DNA of 63,997 bases, counting the filler, from Ionaspis alba (lineage: Eukaryota), in the NCBI GenBank assembly GCA_964255285.1. It is 8 parts of 8 records of this genome, joined end to end, with 100 filler letters (N's around TTAATTAATTAA, not from the genome) between each part and the next. Parts side by side here need not be neighbours in the genome. Positions count along the whole stretch, not along the records: positions 32,178 to 40,101 come from CAXUUL010000791.1; positions 40,202 to 48,115 come from CAXUUL010000792.1; positions 48,216 to 56,111 come from CAXUUL010000793.1; 5 more parts are not named here. The stretch is one strand, 5' to 3'. Below are positions 36,697 through 48,370 of this stretch, piece after piece. Below the pieces are notes generated by a model. The model had not been told where the DNA came from. It worked only from the letters and a program-made list of their open reading frames with translations, and did not search any database. How positions within the stretch are numbered: the stretch's first letter is position 1; the number at the start of each line of letters is the position of its first letter. Made by a program: the position numbers and the translations under genes.

Positions 36697-39600
36697 TCAG
36701 TGTTCTTTTACTTGGAAATAGTCCTCTGGGTCCATGAATATTTCCTCGGACTCGTCAGAATCCTTTGACGGCCTGCTGTCGGTACTGATTCGAGTCACTG
36801 CGTCATGGCGTACCGACTCATCATCTCGCGGGCCGTCTCTCCACCGTGGTTCCTTCAGCTTCGGGATCGGTGTTGCGGGATCGCCGTTGGTTGTTGCGGA
36901 GCCTATATTAATTCTCTGCATGGCTTCTCGCAACGTGTCGCCCGAATCGTCTAGAGCCATGAGAAATCGAGCAAGCTCTTTACATAAATCCCAATCTGCT
37001 GCTTCCTTGGCGCGCTGGAGCAGCCGAATGCACTGTTCGGAGCTCGAGTCCCGCTCTTCGAACGTATGCAGGACTAATAGATAGCCGCCTGCCGTCTTGA
37101 GAAGGCCTTTCTGCAACGATTCTTCGAATAGCTTTTGGGGTGGTGGAAGATGTGCGAATAGTGTCCGCCACGAACGAACCTCGGTTTTTCGAGTGCACTG
37201 GACCAATATGTCAAGGTAATTAGGAAAGGTTGATAGAAACGACAGTACCGAAGGTAGCAAAGCATCCTTTGGAGAGGGCTGCAGATCCACCTCGTCGTCC
37301 AGAACGTTGTGCAGTAGTACTTCGAGGGCATGAGGGAAATAGGCTAGTCGCTGGTAATGATAGGACAGGTTCAGCGCTGAGGGTGGATCAAAGCCAGCCA
37401 GGTAGTGTCGCAGAAGTGGTGGTAGGAATAGTTGGGTCTACAGACCCATTAGTAACAATTTGGAAGATTGGTTCGTCAAAACCTTACTCTAATACTGAAT
37501 CTGAAATATGCAAATTGAGCATCTCGTCTCTGCACCAGGTCTGGCTCAATACCAACAATAATTCCTTTGTCGAGGCCGATAGACGTAGGATAGAAGTCTG
37601 TAGGTATTGAGACGGGCAGTGGCATATCTCTGCTTCCGCCTGGAGAATCAGTTTGTAGAAGGTCTTGTATATCAGTCCAACATTGCATGTTATTTCCATC
37701 AAAATACCACAACGACTCTTGCAAAGCAATCTGTGGTTGGTTGATCTCGGTACTGTTTTCCTCGATATTCGAAGTTGATTCTTTTGCCTCAACTGGTTTT
37801 GAGGACGAGAGCTGGTCCCGTATGAAAGCGAAATACTCAACGTTGTTTGCAATAATCCGCATGTCGTATTTTAACGCACCCTGTTCGTCATTGGTTGGTT
37901 TCAACAGAACGAGCTTGGCATCCACTAAGAAGATCACTGCTGCATGAACTACATCCTGCGAAGGATCACCGTCCACTGCATTGGTATTAGCGCTAATATC
38001 AGCCCGCCTGAGCTGGAAAGTGTTCATACGCAATTGATGGTCTGGAACGAACCATGTTACTGCCCTTACACGAGCAGGCGCCCGTACTATACCATGCAGA
38101 CCAATTTGCCCAACCTGGACGATTTGTACCGAATTGCTTGATGGTGCGATTACGTAGTGATATAAAATGTTCTCGTGAGTATAGACAAGCAACGAGTCTT
38201 CACCCGTGGGTATGATTGATACGATGGGCGATGAAAACGGCTCAGCAGAGACCAGCGAAGATTCGTTTAGTCCAAGTTCACGAGAGTATAGACGCAACTG
38301 CCAGGTTTAGCCGGACTCAGAGGTCTGAAAGTATGGTGGCAAACCTCGTATTGTTCGCCGGTTTCTACGGCGGCAATCAGTATATGTTGGTACCAACACA
38401 TACCTCCTCGGACAACGAATGAGTTTTCAACGTTTAGATCATCGAATGTTTTCCACCTTCCGCTGTGCATACTGTAATGAGCAAGGCCTCGACGACCAGA
38501 AACAGCAATATAACGCCCGTCGGGAGAGATCACAGCAAAACGAATGGGTCGCTGATTCGTAAGGTATGACGCTGGGACTTTTGCTTGATACCAAAGCGAG
38601 GTATCTGCGGAGATGGATTGTAGATTCGATGAGTCGTGTCCCTGATAAATCAGCAAGTTGGAAGCCGTGTGCAGAAGCATGCGAGACACGTTTGCAGGAC
38701 CGAAACAACCAGTTACGGCGCTTCTTGCCATCTCCACGGCCCATAATCTGTGATCCTTGTAGCCTGTAAAGAGGATCTCCGAGCCGCCTCCGATCCAACT
38801 TCCGCTGCTTGTTCCAATGAGCCATTGTTCGTCCTCCTCTTGAGATATGAGACGATCTGACGAAAAGCTGCTCCCGCCGAGCTTTCCGTAGACGCTCCAG
38901 ATAGTCCATCCATGCTCGTAGCCCACAAAGAGACAGTAGCCATCGGGAGAGTAAATCAGAAACGTAATTGATCCAGTCGTCGAGAACGAAGCTGGAAGTA
39001 GAAGTTTATGAGAAAGGGGAATATTTCCGACGTAATCACGAGCTGTATAGACATGAACTTCTCCATTCGCGCAGCCGACGGCGAGCAGGGAGAAACGCGC
39101 ATTGATAGCAGCCTTCGTAGCAAATGTTACCTCATCACTGGGAATGTGGAATCCATATCCTCGAAACAATCGTTGAGAAGATTCAGATTTCTGGGTTGTG
39201 TCTGATATCCTTTGCACTGCATAGGCCCTTCCATCACTAGCAATCCAGACAAACAAACTCATAGCACGATCAGATATGATATCGATGACGCTGGTTTTCT
39301 TGTTCATCCACGGGAGCCGATGTAGTAGCTCTGTACTCGTCTGGGCACCAGGACCGTCTGCGGTCCAACGTATACATTGCACAGCTGCGGGCTTCTCCGT
39401 AGCCACCACAAGATCTTCATTCAATGCCAGCGCCTTGTTTATACCAGCATCAATCTTAATGACCATGCGGAATCGGATGTGCAGCTCGCGCAACCCAGCC
39501 ACTTCTTCATCCTCATACGAGAAGTGTCCATTGATGCTCTGCCGTTTTGTCTTTTCATCTTGACGTCTTTGCTGGTAGACACGACCGTTCGCATCAACGT

Positions 39601-39990
39601 TGATGCTGTATGTTATGAGGTAGGCTTGCGATGTCTGTACAACGGCAATTGTAGAGTCGGGTCGAAGCAGAACGGAGACATTCTCGCCATATGATTCTAA
39701 CGATGAAGCCGATCGAATCACGGATGCGAGGACTACCACTGGCTTGTCATCAGTCAGAACAGATCGATGTTTCAGGACCTATGACTCACGGAAGTGTGCC
39801 AGATATCCAAACCATCAGAGGTAATGGTTGCGAAGAGGTGACCACCTCGGGAGACTTGGAGTCCAAGAAGGGAATTAAATTCCTTCCTTTTCGCATGTTC
39901 CTCTTCGCCCACATCAGTTGACTCAGGGGATGCTAAGTTTGGGATCTTGCTTGCTGCGTAAACCCGTGGCGGGCCCAATGGCCAATACAT
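36697..39990 (-). CDS. RIC1: Ric1 subunit of the Ric1-Rgp1 GEF for Ypt6/Rab6
   Basis: MYWPLGPPRVYA, ISPDGRYIAVSGRRGLAHYS...RWKTF, FVVRGGMCWY, VQCTRKTEVRSWRTLF, LKTAGGYLLVL, WDLCKELARFL. Confidence 0.93.
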
Positions 39991-42900
39991 AGCTTATGTT
40001 GTATGGTGCCGGAATTTTCTCCCCAATTACATATTCTCTGTCCTATCATGGTCTCTCTTCAGTGACGGACGTTACAAATGTGAAGAGCTCCTTCCATCAA
40101 TNNNNNNNNNNNNNNNNNNNNNNNNNNNNNNNNNNNNNNNNNNNNTTAATTAATTAANNNNNNNNNNNNNNNNNNNNNNNNNNNNNNNNNNNNNNNNNNN
40201 NAGGGGGGGGTTGTCTAGTGTCTAGAGAGCAAGTTTCCGGGCTGGAAAATTCGGAGGCTTGGTGAGGATGGCTGGCATTGTGTACTTGTACTTTCGGAAA
40301 AGCAAGCTACTCGTCATAAAGATTTGATAATGCATCTGACATCGACGTTTCAGTCGTGCACTATGTAGCCACGAAAGAGCTGCCTTATTCGAGTCATGCT
40401 AGTCACGGTGGTCTACAAGGACTGTTGCCTCCAAATGAGACAGGGTTATTATCTCTGCCTCGAGGCTGGTGCCCTCTTGAATCTAGCAATTACGAGCAAC
40501 GTCGGATTGGTCAATATTGGTCGCCTTTCTTCTGGAAAGACAGAACCTTTTCTAGTTTGTCTTGACTGCGGCCAGTATCTAAACCATTGTCTGATGTTCG
40601 GAGGTTGCGGCTTGTCAAACTAGGACGGGCTGGAGAAAGCGGTTCCGAGACTGGCGGTGCAGTCTCATACGCGCGGCATGAGTACACTACATGTGGCAAT
40701 GTCGGGCCGTTTGGTCATGAGCCTCAACCCTGGAAGGGCAATCCACGCATGGATCGGGAAGTTTTGCTCCGAGAAGAGCTTTTCTTCCGAAATGGTATTT
40801 GGAAGACTGATGTATGTTCTCTTCGTTTTGCCGTTTGCTTGGCATAGGCTGAACAGAGAAAAGAGCAATGCTCCAGGGTATATACCCCATGAGACGATGA
40901 AGCAACACAGCGATGTTACCAAAAGATTCCAAATAACAGACGAGCTACTACTGGGGCTTGTAATCCCCTACCATTGTACATGAGAGTCATCATGAAGTGG
41001 GTGGGAATAACAACAAGGTAAAGACAAAGCGGCTCATAGTTCAATGTTGGAGATAGCTTTCTTGACAACGACTGTTTTAAAAGAGTGCTTTTGCCAGTGC
41101 TCGAGTAGGCAATATCACAGTTGTGGACACGGGAGACACTCTGCTCAGGAATAGATTAGATCTCTAGATCCACAAGGGGAACTGGCCATCGGGACAGTGT
41201 TGATAGTGTTCGAAGCTAGAGACTGAATCAGGGAAAGTCTGGCCTGTGAATGGACACATATGTACGTACTCAGGTGAGGCTGACCACTTGACCGACTGTA
41301 ACACAGACCATACCACAGATCATGGTGGCTGGCACCGGCACATCAGATAGTAGGAGCACCCATCCCAAGGTGGACTCGGCATCAAAGAGCATGCAAGTCA
41401 AAGGTGCAGTATGGGGTGATCTCGGACCGCTCGACAGGACAGGACCGCATTACCAGGCTGCCGTCGTGCGGGTCAGTTGGGTGGGAGCACATTACATATG
41501 TTACGAAAAACGCTATGCGGTGGTCTGCAACTCTCGCAGGCAGGAAGGAGTAGTAATCTAGCTCGCGCGTCGTAGCAAAGGGAGCAAGCACGCATACGAA
41601 TGGGTTTCACACAGCCCCATCTTGGAGCCAGCCCTTAGAACACAGTCTCTCTCTCTTGCTCCCCAAGCCACCCAAGGGAGCAACAAGCGAGGCCTGCCGC
41701 GAAGGAACCAACCAACCAGCCAAAAACCGTCCTCCATCCCTCTCCCATCCTTCTTTCCCCCCGGCATCACCCGTGAGTGGTCTTGCTGGCTTGCTTTGCT
41801 TGCTTCGCTCAGTGGCACTCCGACCTATGAGCAAAGCAGGAAAGCGGGGCTCTCAATATGAAGCGAGCCCATCCCACATCTTCCCAAGAGCCTCAACCGT
41901 GCAACGCCCTGGAAAAACGCCATCGCTGTCCACGAGACTCGGGCCAGAACTCTCCAGACCTCGTTTCCCTCCAACGGAATCAGCGCTTCCATAGAAAAAT
42001 GATCCTTACCGTGCCGAGCTGCTGCTGGTGCTTACCTCCAGTTTGAAGAGATCTTTTCTTCTACGGATTCTACCCATCGTCCATCCACCCTGCCATCACC
42101 CCATCACCCATCATCATCATAACCATCATCATCGCACAACATCCCGCAGCGTCATCTTCAGCTTCCTCGAGAACAGCGATCCTCCACCACCTTCCTGTCT
42201 GGAGACCTGTGCCGGCAGGTCGTCGTGTGTCGCTCGGGCCCAATCGCCCGACGGCGCCGGGGGGTCTTGTCTTTGAACGCCATTTCTTCGCATCAGCTAC
42301 CCTCCTCGCTGCTTGTTGTGGTACCCTCGCAACCAAGCCGCCCATCCATCCAGGCCGCGAAGGTCCGCCGTAGCCTCCTTGCGGAATTTGCTTGGGTTAT
42401 TCGTTCTGGAGATATTCGGTCGTCATCGCGACTTTCGATGCTTGGGATCGTCTTCGGTGTTCATTGTCGTCGGTTTGGATATCGCTGAAAAGGTTATCGG
42501 CCAGAGAGGCTCAGTATTAAGGTTTTGAGGCTCTATTTGGTGCGAGTGAAAAACGTAGTCCGTGGCCGGCTGTTAGACAGGTATGCCAACTTTCTTTGCT
42601 TTCTTCACTCAGAACTATCCACCGATTATTGCCTACAAGTAAACTGTGCTAGATGCTTGCTTTTGCTACTTGATATTAATCATCGAGCGTTTTTTGAGCA
42701 TAATTGCCTAGTCTGTGCGACGTGCGTTTGATCGCTATTCTTAAAGCTACGGGAGCATAATGATATCGAACCGTGCGAAGGCATTGAGGGTAGCATTCCG
42801 GCGTTTTTGTCAGCAAGCGCAGTCTGAAGTAACAAGTCTCCTTTTGTCCTTCAGCTCTCGCTGCCGAGGACGAGTGCTCCATCGCGTCATGCAACTCGAC

Positions 42901-43287
42901 CTCGCAATTTCATCGCGTTGAGGAAGGACGCTTCACTATATGTGCGAAAACCAACTAGCAATCGGTGGTCGGTCTTCACACCACTGCGACATCTCGCAAC
43001 AATGCTAGTGGTCCGACGCGGAGGATTTACGGCTTAATAAACGATTCATCAGCCTCGCGGCTGACGACCCTCATTTCAGGCAGCTCATTCGCTATTCGGT
43101 CGGAGATGTTGTGGATGATCTCATGTTATATTTGTTTTTTTTTATGCCATTCCATATGTATCTCATCATCCCGCTTTCACGCTTGTCAGACACTTCAGCT
43201 CTGGAACGCGTTCGGCCAAGACTACTTACTATTTCAGAAGCTGACTAGACTGATGAGGACAGATCTCGCCTCTTACGATCATCAACA

Positions 43288-43317
43288 ATGGAGCCGCATA
43301 GATTCAGATCCTCGTAG
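43288..43317 (+). promoter_or_regulatory. Out-of-frame uORF (MEPHRFRSS*) in the leader of the C2H2 gene
   Basis: ATG in good context (CAACAATGG), stop TAG at 43315-43317, upstream of the candidate CUG start. Confidence 0.5.
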
Positions 43318-43411
43318 TGTGGACGTTGTGACATCAACTCGTACTCTGCACATCTACTTATCCGACGACGCAGAGAGGACTGCGCGCCTCTCTGCAATCA
43401 TAGCTTCAAAC

Positions 43412-45245
43412 CTGGCGACGGCCTACTACGACGACGACGCCATCCAACGCACCCCTCCTCTGCAGGCGAAGGTTGTCAAAAGTACACCGTCGCCGGAGCC
43501 ATCCTTTCTTCCACCACCCGCAAGTGTGTCTCCTCCGGAGAACGACCGAGGTTCAAGACGCCGGTCGAGTAGGAGGCGTCAGAGAAACCAACCTTCTCTC
43601 GGCGACGCTGTACTGGTTGGGTTTCTTGCCAACGGAAATCGTCCGGACTTGGCATACATTGCCGGCGAGGAGCCTCTGGACCCGGACCCCCAGCGAGACG
43701 TCTCGAAGACTCCCGTAAATGGTAGCACGGATGATGAGAACGAAATGATAATACCGAGAGAGGATCTAGCTACAGATCAAGCTCTAGCCAAAGTCGCTGC
43801 AGATGCCACTAAATTGAGCGATGGAGCATTATTCCAGCCTAGCCTCCGCCGCGACTCGACCGAGTCAATGAAAATCAGACCAAGGGTCGTCACTAGGTCG
43901 TTTAGCCCTCAGAGAGAAGTCCGAATATTTTCGGAGAGCAACCATGTTAAGCGCGAGCCATCGTCTCCGGGAACAGCAAGGAATAGCTCTGCTCGTGAAG
44001 TGAGGCCTTCTGGAGATGAAGACAATGCCAGGGTTTACGGGTCCCCACAAAGCAGTCGACCGTCTTCGAGCCGCCATGATCCATCGAGTTCAACCGCAGA
44101 TGGAAGCTCCAAGGCTATTTCACCACCACTACGCCAGTATGCTATACCTGCATCCCAAGGCTCGCCACTCGAGACTCTTCCTGCAATGCAAAACAGTCCG
44201 CCTCAATCATCCAAGCCACCACTAGGGCAACAGACACTACCAGGTATCCATGCACAATTGGGATCCCTCGCTGACGGACCACCACCCCCAAACGGGCTCG
44301 CACTCCAAACCCGACAATCCTTCCCCTCCGTAAACGGATCAGGTCACTCACCCCCCAAAGACTTCACCTCCATGCGCCCAACCAATTTCGCCCCCACCCA
44401 ACCAAGAGCAAACGGTCACTACACCACCAACTACCCCACCACCGAACGCTCCCCCGCCAGCACGCTCAGCGATGCCTCCCCCCGCGAGACCTATCGACCA
44501 AGTCAAGACCCCACCAGCATGTCCCCACCTGGCACCTTCGGCTCCCGCTCTTACCCCAGCAACAGACTAACCCCCCAAAGCCAAAGCGACATGCAAACGC
44601 CTCTCTCCGCCGAAAGCCAAGTCAGCGCCAGCAGCTTCAGCACCGCCACCTCCCCCAACGACGACCGCATGAGCATCGACGGCGACCGGCCAATCCTGCC
44701 ACCCCTGCAACCCCCAAACGGGCCCCCCCTGATCGGTGGGGGTTTCAAATGCGACTACGACGGGTGCACAGCGGCCCCCTTCCAGACGCAATATCTCCTG
44801 AAGTGAGCTCCGCAGCCAGGATACTCATTGACTAACTGACTGACTGACTTCGGTTAGCTCCCACAAAAACGTGCACTCGCAAAATCGGCCGCACTACTGC
44901 CACGTCAAAGAATGCCCTCGTTCCGAAGGCGGGAAGGGCTTCAAGCGCAAGAACGAGATGATTCGCCACGGTCTCGTCCATCAGAGTCCGGGGTATGTCT
45001 GTCCGTTTTGTCCGGAGAGGGAACATAAGTATCCGAGGCCGGATAATTTGCAGAGGTATGTATGAGGCACCTACCTCACTGTGAATGGGGTGGTTGTGAC
45101 GGGGGGGATTTGGGTTGACGAGGTGAATAGACATGTTCGTGTTCATCACCCGGATAAGGATAAGGATGATCCGCAGCTGAGGGAGGTTTTGGCGCAGAGG
45201 CCCGAGGGGGGGAGTAGGGGACGGAGGAGGAGGTTGGGGTCTTGA
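43412..45245 (+). CDS. C2H2 zinc-finger transcription factor with three C-terminal fingers; start codon uncertain (candidate CTG at 43412)
   Basis: FKCDYDGCTAAPFQTQYLL|NSHKNVH, HYCHVKEC...FKRKNEMIRHGLVH, YVCPFCPEREHKYPRPDNLQ|RHVRVHH. Introns 44803-44857 and 45056-45130. Confidence 0.9.
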
Positions 45246-47799
45246 GAGCGGGGTGTGTTTTTTTCTACTTTGCCACTTCTTGTGTGCTGTTCGGTTTCTT
45301 TTTGTTGCTTGGAAGCAATTTTTTTCTGCGATGTGTGTGCAATGAATGCCCTGTGTACTTTTTTTTTCTTTCGAGCACGCTTGGTTTATGTGATGTGGTT
45401 ATGAATGATGGATGTACGAGAGTGGAGTTGGGGGTCAGAGATGTTTTAGAAGATATCCAGGTGGGTGAGGCGTCTGTGGGGAGAATATTTGGGAGATGTG
45501 TTTGTGTTTTCGGCTGGTGGTTTCCGGAGGGATGAGGGAGGTAGGAGCAGATGTGATTGTTTGTGGGAAGCAAAGTCATGTTGGCTTCTTGTGAGGCAAG
45601 AGATATTCCCTGAAACGCTGTTGCTTGTATGGCATGCTCTGTTGGTGACAAGCGAACGATTCCTGAGCTGCAATTGCTTGTCCCGTATTTCTCGTTATTG
45701 ACCAAGCAACGATTCCAGAACTTTGGTTTCTTGCATGCCATGTTCCGTTGTTGACAAGAGAGAGATCGCTGAACCACGATTGCTTCTGTGCTATGTCCCG
45801 TTGTTGGCAGCAGAAAGATTCCCGAGCTGCGAGTGCTGATGTGGCATATTCTGTTGTTGAGAACGGAGAGTTTCCTGAACTGCGGTCTCTTGTAAGGGAT
45901 GCCCTGCTGGTGAAAAGAGGATGATTCTTAAACCAAAATTTCTTGCCTGGTTTGTGCCGTCAATGACAGAAGAGACTCCTGAGACCGATCGAATCCACCA
46001 GTGTACCTCTTCCCTGCATGGCAAGATCGAATCTTACTAACGCGGGTGGTGGCAAGTTCCGAAGTTCATAGAGGTACTTTGGCAGACCGCTTCCTGGCCC
46101 TCGAGATACGAGTCGCGTTGATAGCGGTGCCAACCCTTTACGATAGAAGTCTGCTGTAGATATGTGAAAGCTCCGACAAACTGGGTTGATCGCCAAAGGT
46201 CAACTAGGCATCAACAATGGCGCGCGGGTAATATTCATCCCTACCAGTAGTAGTAACGGGAGGCCTTGATCGAATTGACCAATATCCGTGTTCATGGGAA
46301 TGACCATTTTCAGCTCCTCGCTTCTCGGCCTTGTGGGTGACGAGGCTAAGCCACACCCCATCACAGTTTCCAAACCACCACTGATCTGTCAAATATTTAT
46401 GTACATTCCAGACAGTGACGCGGCTTGGTTCATGCTATCATCACTATGGCTAGCTACGTGCTGCCATAGTGTAGAGCAAATCAACGGTACCTGAGTTGCG
46501 TGCGCTGGAAGACACTTGCTCGTCGCGAGCCTCCACATCAGCGGCTTGGCTACCGCGGATAGATGGATCCCTCGGCATAATTGAGAGGCTCTACCTGATG
46601 CAGCTATTGATCTACGGGATATTTGAATGACATTGCTGCCTATGAAGCATACTAACGGCAGGTCCGTTGCTTGCACCTCATACCCGAACCCTGCAGTTGT
46701 TCAACTCACTATAAAAAGGTCATCCACATGAACAGCTACAACCATCGAAGCTGCAGAATGGAGCTCATCAGAAGGAAATCAGAAGCATTCAATACGGTGA
46801 TCGCTGTTGATTCCGCAAGACTCTAGACGAACCAGCCGGGAGTTGTGTAGTACAGCTGCTATAAGGGTGAATACGACGACTACCACTGAGTCCATGAGCA
46901 GCTGAACTTAGGCTATTCTTACTGGTGGCCACACAGCCATGGAACCCATTATAGACGTCTGATACGCGTCTCAGCATTTGAAACTTCGAGCCTTGTTTTG
47001 TTTCCCTTCATGAGTTATACCAGGCAATTTTCACCAATGCGAGGTTGTTATGAAGTACCTCTGTGATCCCGATTGGATAAGCTTATATAACTTGTTCTAT
47101 GAGGCTCTATTTGCGTTACCTGGTCGTTTTCAATCTCGTACTTGGAACCAATTGCATGTCCATTCCTGTTATCTTTCCATATGTGTATGATTAAGAATCT
47201 TCAAGATCTTTTCAGGATGCCCGATCCATCAGGCCTAGATGTCAGACCCGCTCCGATGGTCAATATCTATTCTTGAATTTGCAGAACACCTTAGCAGATC
47301 GTATCTTAGGAGACTGATGAATAGTCATGCCTATGTGCCGCTCTGCCGTAGAGCTTCTGTGGCCTGAGTCTCTGAGAAGGCCATTATACGAATCAATAAT
47401 GCTTTGGACGTCATAGAGATTTCTTTTGACCTAGTGTTAGCCTAGGGCTCTGCACCCTCCTAAGCTTGATCTGACAGGGCCCAGCTTTAAAATCGGCAAC
47501 TCTCACCCATGGTCGAGGTTGGAATGGAGCACCTTAGACTCGGGCTCAATTTTCCGCACTCCATCCATTGAGGCTTAGTCATTACACCTTACGGCCAATC
47601 AGACCCCTTTCTGGAGCTCTTCAGTCGAGTGTAGAATGACAAATTCTAGCTCTGACTCAATGGAAGGAAGCTGTGAAAGGGGTGGGTATGCGTGTCCTTT
47701 CAATATAGCTATCAGCGGCGAGTTGTCTCTGCTCACGCACCGACGGTGTAACTCGACCTCTTTCACGACCTCTCCAAGAATATATAAGTGCCAGCAGGT

Positions 47800-48115
47800 A
47801 TGGCTATCGATATGGCAACGTTGTTATCTCTCAACCTCGAGAAACTTGCTCTAGATCAACGCCTCATTCGTGATTTGGAAGACCAACTCTGCCAGATACC
47901 TCTAGAGCAAGAGACTACACCGATTACTACTCTTCCACATTCACACCTCTCCCGTCCCGTCCAAGCCATCTCCACCTACGACCGTACACCGTTTCATCGC
48001 ATTGCGAGCCAACCACAAATATGGCCGGGTTCCTCTCGTCAGAAGCTCTCGGAGCCCTCGAAGGCAAAGAGGAAGACTTTCGCCGACTCTTCGACACCAT
48101 GGACGACGACACCAC
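47800..48115 (+). CDS. Possible 5' part of an unidentified gene cut by the scaffold end
   Basis: MAIDMATLLSLNLEKLALDQRLIRDLEDQL... is open to the spacer; TATATAA lies just upstream. Confidence 0.35.
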
Positions 48116-48370
48116 NNNNNNNNNNNNNNNNNNNNNNNNNNNNNNNNNNNNNNNNNNNNTTAATTAATTAANNNNNNNNNNNNNNNNNNNNNNNNNNNNN
48201 NNNNNNNNNNNNNNNTAGTGTCGAAGATTGAGGTCAAACACTAGGACACATTTTCGTGGATGACGTTCTAAATTATTCTAACCAATTTGTGCCTTTAAAG
48301 AAGGCCCTGTCATCTACATAAAAATGCCCAATTCCACAAAACGTCAGACTCCTCCGCTGTAAGACGTCAT

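Noticed and set aside
40356..40983. Kinase-like pseudogene fragments (WKTDVCSL)
   Set aside because: A single weak motif with no HRD, DFG or APE support in any frame.
42965..43262. N-terminal ~100 aa of the 613-aa ORF in the track as real coding sequence
   Set aside because: T-rich and intron-like, ending in a branch point plus AG acceptor; probably an intron in the 5' leader.
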